DNA of 10,003 nucleotides from a virus (Duplodnaviria; Heunggongvirae; Uroviricota; Caudoviricetes): IMG/VR virus record IMGVR_UViG_2711768001_000003; one strand, 5' to 3'. Shown piece by piece: positions 6,839 to 10,003 of this stretch (position 1 is its first letter; each line of letters starts with the position of its first letter). The notes under the pieces were generated by a model. It saw only the letters and a program-made list of their open reading frames with translations, ran no database searches and was not told where the DNA came from. The position numbers and the translations under genes were made by a program.

Positions 6839-8568
6839 GCCGGAAATCTTACCCCAACGTAAATGCTGCAAATCAGTATGCCCGGGATGTCGTGCGCGGA
6901 AAGATTGTTGCCTGCCAGTTTGTGATTCAGGCCTGCCAGCGCCATCTTGATGACCTGATGGCGGAAAAAAGTAAGTCGTTTCGTTACCGCTTCGACAAGG
7001 ACCTGGCTGAACGGGCCGCGAAATTTATTCAGCTGTTGCCGCACACCAAGGGGGAGTGGGCATTCAAACGGATGCCCATCACGCTGGAGCCGTGGCAGCT
7101 ATTTGTGATCTGCTGTGCGTTTGGCTGGGTCAATAAAGGCACCCGGTTGCGCCGCTTCCGGGAGGTGTACACCGAAATCCCCCGTAAGAACGGCAAATCA
7201 GCAATCTCTGCCGGTGTTGCCCTGTATTGTTTTGCCTGTGATAACGAGTTTGGCGCGGAAGTGTATTCCGGTGCCACGACAGAGAAACAGGCGTGGGAAG
7301 TCTTTCGCCCGGCGCGACTGATGTGTAAACGCACACCCATGCTGACGGAAGCGTTCGGGATTGAGGTTAACGCCTCAAACATGAACCGTCCGGAGGATGG
7401 CGCGCGGTTTGAACCGCTGATCGGCAACCCAGGTGATGGTTCATCACCCCACTGTGCCGTGGTTGATGAATATCACGAGCATGCCACCGATGCGCTTTAT
7501 ACCACAATGCTTACCGGGATGGGGGCGCGACGTCAGCCACTGATGTGGGCCATCACCACCGCCGGGTACAACATTGAGGGGCCGTGCTACGACAAGCGGC
7601 GGGAAGTCATCGAGATGCTCAACGGCTCGGTGCCTAACGATGAACTGTTCGGGATCATCTATACCGTTGATGAAGGTGACGACTGGACCGGCCCGCAGGT
7701 GCTGGAAAAAGCCAATCCAAATATTGGCGTGTCGGTTTATCGCGAATTTTTGTTAAGTCAGCAGCAGCGTGCGAAAAATAACGCCCGTCTGGCAAACGTC
7801 TTTAAAACAAAACACCTCAATATCTGGGTGTCGGCGCGTTCGGCGTATTTCAACTTGGTGAGCTGGCAGAGCTGCGAGGATAAATCACTGACCCTTGAGC
7901 AGTTCGAGGGGCAGCCGTGCATTCTGGCCTTTGACCTGGCGCGTAAGCTGGATATGAACAGCATGGCGCGACTTTATACCCGCGAGATTGACGGTAAAAC
8001 GCATTACTACAGTGTGGCCCCGCGTTTCTGGGTACCGTATGACACGGTGTACAGCGTCGAGAAAAATGAAGATCGACGGACAGCCGAACGCTTTCAGAAA
8101 TGGGTGGAAATGGGCGTTCTGACCGTTACCGATGGTGCGGAGGTGGATTATCGCTACATCCTCGAGGAGGCCAAAGCGGCGAACAAAATCAGCCCGGTCA
8201 GTGAGTCACCCATCGACCCCTTCGGGGCGACCGGGTTGTCACATGACCTTGCTGATGAAGACCTGAATCCCGTCACTATCGTCCAGAACTTCACCAATAT
8301 GTCCGATCCGATGAAAGAGCTGGAAGCAGCGATTGAATCGGGACGTTTTCATCATGACGGCAATCCCATCATGACCTGGTGTATCGGCAACGTGGTCGGC
8401 AAAAACATGCCGGGTAACGATGATGTGGTGAAACCCGTCAAAGAGCAGGCGGAAAACAAAATCGATGGTGCAGTTGCGCTGATTATGGCGGTTGGCAGAG
8501 CCATGCTGTACGAGAAAGAAGACACGCTGTCTGACCACATTGAGTCCTACGGGATCCGCTCGCTTTAA
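6835..8568 (+). CDS. terL: Terminase large subunit
   Basis: 577 aa. ATPase Walker A-like ([14 protein letters not shown]) and Walker B-like (CAVVDEYHE) motifs in the N-terminal half; C-terminal nuclease-like region. Size and position fit an HK97-type large terminase. Confidence 0.9.
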
Positions 8569-8579
8569 CTGAGGTAATT

Positions 8580-8762
8580 ATGATCATGCTGATTCTCGCG
8601 CCTCTGGTGGGCGTGCTGGGTGCGCTTTTGCTGGCGTATGGTGCCTGGCTGATTTATCCCCCGGCGGGTTTTGTTGTTGCCGGGGCGCTGTGCCTGTTCT
8701 GGTCGTGGCTGGTGGCGCGATATCTCGACCGTACACGGCAGTCTGTCGGCGGAGGTAAATAG
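8580..8762 (+). CDS. Small hydrophobic protein (60 aa, two predicted transmembrane helices)
   Basis: [49 protein letters not shown]... GAGG at 8571-8574 precedes ATG 8580. No family recognised; sits between terL and portal and overlaps the 5' end of the long portal frame. Confidence 0.45.
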   Translation: MIMLILAPLVGVLGALLLAYGAWLIYPPAGFVVAGALCLFWSWLVARYLDRTRQSVGGGK

Positions 8763-9918
8763 TGTTCTTTTCGGGATTATTTCAACGAAAAAGCGATGTG
8801 CCGGTGACCACGCCAGCAGAACTGCTGATGCTATCGGGCTGTCATACGACACCTATACCGGAAAGCGGATCAGTAGCCAGCGGGCCATGCGCCTGACGGC
8901 GGTCTATTCTTGCGTCAGGGTGCTGGCAGAGTCTGTTGGTATGCTGCCCTGCAGTCTCTACAAAATCAGCGGTACCCTGAAAACACGGGCGGTGGATGAA
9001 CGACTGCATAAGTTGGTTTCGGCAAAACCTAATGGCTACATGACACCGCAGGAATTCTGGGAGCTGGTTATTGTCTGCCTGTGTCTACGGGGGAATTTTT
9101 ACGCCTACAAGGTAAAGGCACTGGGAGAAGTGGTGGAGCTTCTTCCGATAGATCCGGGCTGTGTGGAACCGAAGCTGAACAGCCAGTGGCAGCCGGTTTA
9201 TCAGGTGACGTTTCCGGATGGTTCCGTGGATGTGTTGACCCAGAATGAAATCTGGCATGTGCGCACCCTGACGCTGGATGGACTTGTCGGGCTGAATCCC
9301 ATTGCGTATGCGCGTGAGGCCATTTCACTGGCAGCGGCAACCGAGGAGCACGGTGCCAGGTTGTTTAGTAATGGTGCGGTGACATCCGGTGTGTTGCGTA
9401 CGGAACAAAAGCTCACGCCGGATGCTTACGAGCGTCTGAAGAAAGATTTTGAGGAGTGTCACACGGGGCTTGGCAATGCTCACCGCCCGATGATTCTGGA
9501 AATGGGGCTGGACTGGAAGTCGATGGCGCTGAACGCCGAGGACAGTCAGTTCCTGGAAACCCGCAAGTTTCAGCTGGAAGAAATCTGTCGTCTGTTCCGG
9601 GTGCCGTTGCACATGGTGCAGAACACCGATCGCGCCACCTTCAACAATATCGAAGAGCTGGGGCTGGGATTTATCAACTATTCACTGGTGCCGTATCTGA
9701 CCCGCATCGAACAGCGGATCAACACCGGACTGGTACGAAAAAGTAAGCAGGGCGTTTATTACGCCAAATTTAACGCCGGGGCGTTACTGCGCGGGGATAT
9801 GAAGTCCCGTTTTGAAGCCTACGCCACCGGGATCAACTGGGGAATTTACTCTTCCAATGACTGCCGCGACCTGGAAGATATGAATCCGCGTCCCGGTGGT
9901 GTAATGCCGATCAGTTAA
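8671..9918 (+). CDS. Portal protein (HK97 family); start codon uncertain
   Basis: Long ORF with a portal-like N-terminal motif ([28 protein letters not shown]) and the expected size and position after terL. The first start codon in this frame is TTG 8671 with no RBS. The RBS-coupled GTG 8762 is in another frame (see findings). Stop TAA 9916-9918. Confidence 0.75.
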   Translation: MLLPGRCACSGRGWWRDISTVHGSLSAEVNSVLFGIISTKKRCAGDHASRTADAIGLSYDTYTGKRISSQRAMRLTAVYSCVRVLAESVGMLPCSLYKISGTLKTRAVDERLHKLVSAKPNGYMTPQEFWELVIVCLCLRGNFYAYKVKALGEVVELLPIDPGCVEPKLNSQWQPVYQVTFPDGSVDVLTQNEIWHVRTLTLDGLVGLNPIAYAREAISLAAATEEHGARLFSNGAVTSGVLRTEQKLTPDAYERLKKDFEECHTGLGNAHRPMILEMGLDWKSMALNAEDSQFLETRKFQLEEICRLFRVPLHMVQNTDRATFNNIEELGLGFINYSLVPYLTRIEQRINTGLVRKSKQGVYYAKFNAGALLRGDMKSRFEAYATGINWGIYSSNDCRDLEDMNPRPGGVMPIS

Positions 9919-9950
9919 GGATCAGTTGACCGATCCAGTGGCTGTGTAAG

Positions 9951-9985
9951 AATCCGGAAACGCTCACTTGTTTCCGGATTTTTTT
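9951..9985 (+). terminator. Hairpin plus T-run (intrinsic terminator-like) between portal and the next gene
   Basis: Perfect 11-bp stem AATCCGGAAAC (9951-9961) / GTTTCCGGATT (9970-9980), 8-nt loop, then T-run through 9985. A shorter GGATC/GATCC inverted repeat lies at 9919-9936. Confidence 0.55.
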
Positions 9986-10003
9986 ATGCACATTGGACAG
10001 GCT
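9986..10003 (+). CDS. Possible start of the next late gene (truncated by window end)
   Basis: ATG at 9986 (MHIGQA...) directly after the hairpin. Only 18 nt are visible, so identity cannot be judged; in HK97-like modules a prohead protease usually follows the portal. Confidence 0.25.

Noticed and set aside
6122..7427. Minus-strand ORFs of 130-146 aa antisense to HNH, terS and terL (6122..6526, 6325..6537, 6604..7044, 7029..7427, 7130..7336)
   Set aside because: Antisense to strongly supported packaging genes in a GC-rich region where long spurious frames are expected; no motifs seen.

Overview
This window reads as the early-to-late junction and the start of the structural module of a lambdoid (pro)phage from an enterobacterial host, with every supported gene on the + strand. 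Order: DnaB-family replicative helicase, a small nin-region ORF, RusA resolvase, a Q antiterminator (phage 82/QuuD type by recalled similarity), a pR'-like promoter and tR'-like terminator, an AT-rich ORF6N-domain cargo gene, a packed array of four tRNAs (Ile2-CAU, Arg-UCU, Thr-UGU, Gly-UCC), a 526-nt N-masked gap (4244-4769), then a phage-21/DLP12-type lysis cassette (pinholin 3' end, SAR endolysin, Rz with embedded Rz1), HNH endonuclease, terminase small and large subunits, a small membrane ORF, and an HK97-type portal. The most interesting part is the Q-to-lysis interval, the slot where Stx phages carry stx. Here it holds the ORF6N gene with apparently its own promoter and terminator, the unusual four-tRNA array, and the masked gap. 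I cannot demonstrate a complete novel system from the visible sequence. All family assignments rest on motifs read by eye and remembered homologs; no database search was run.
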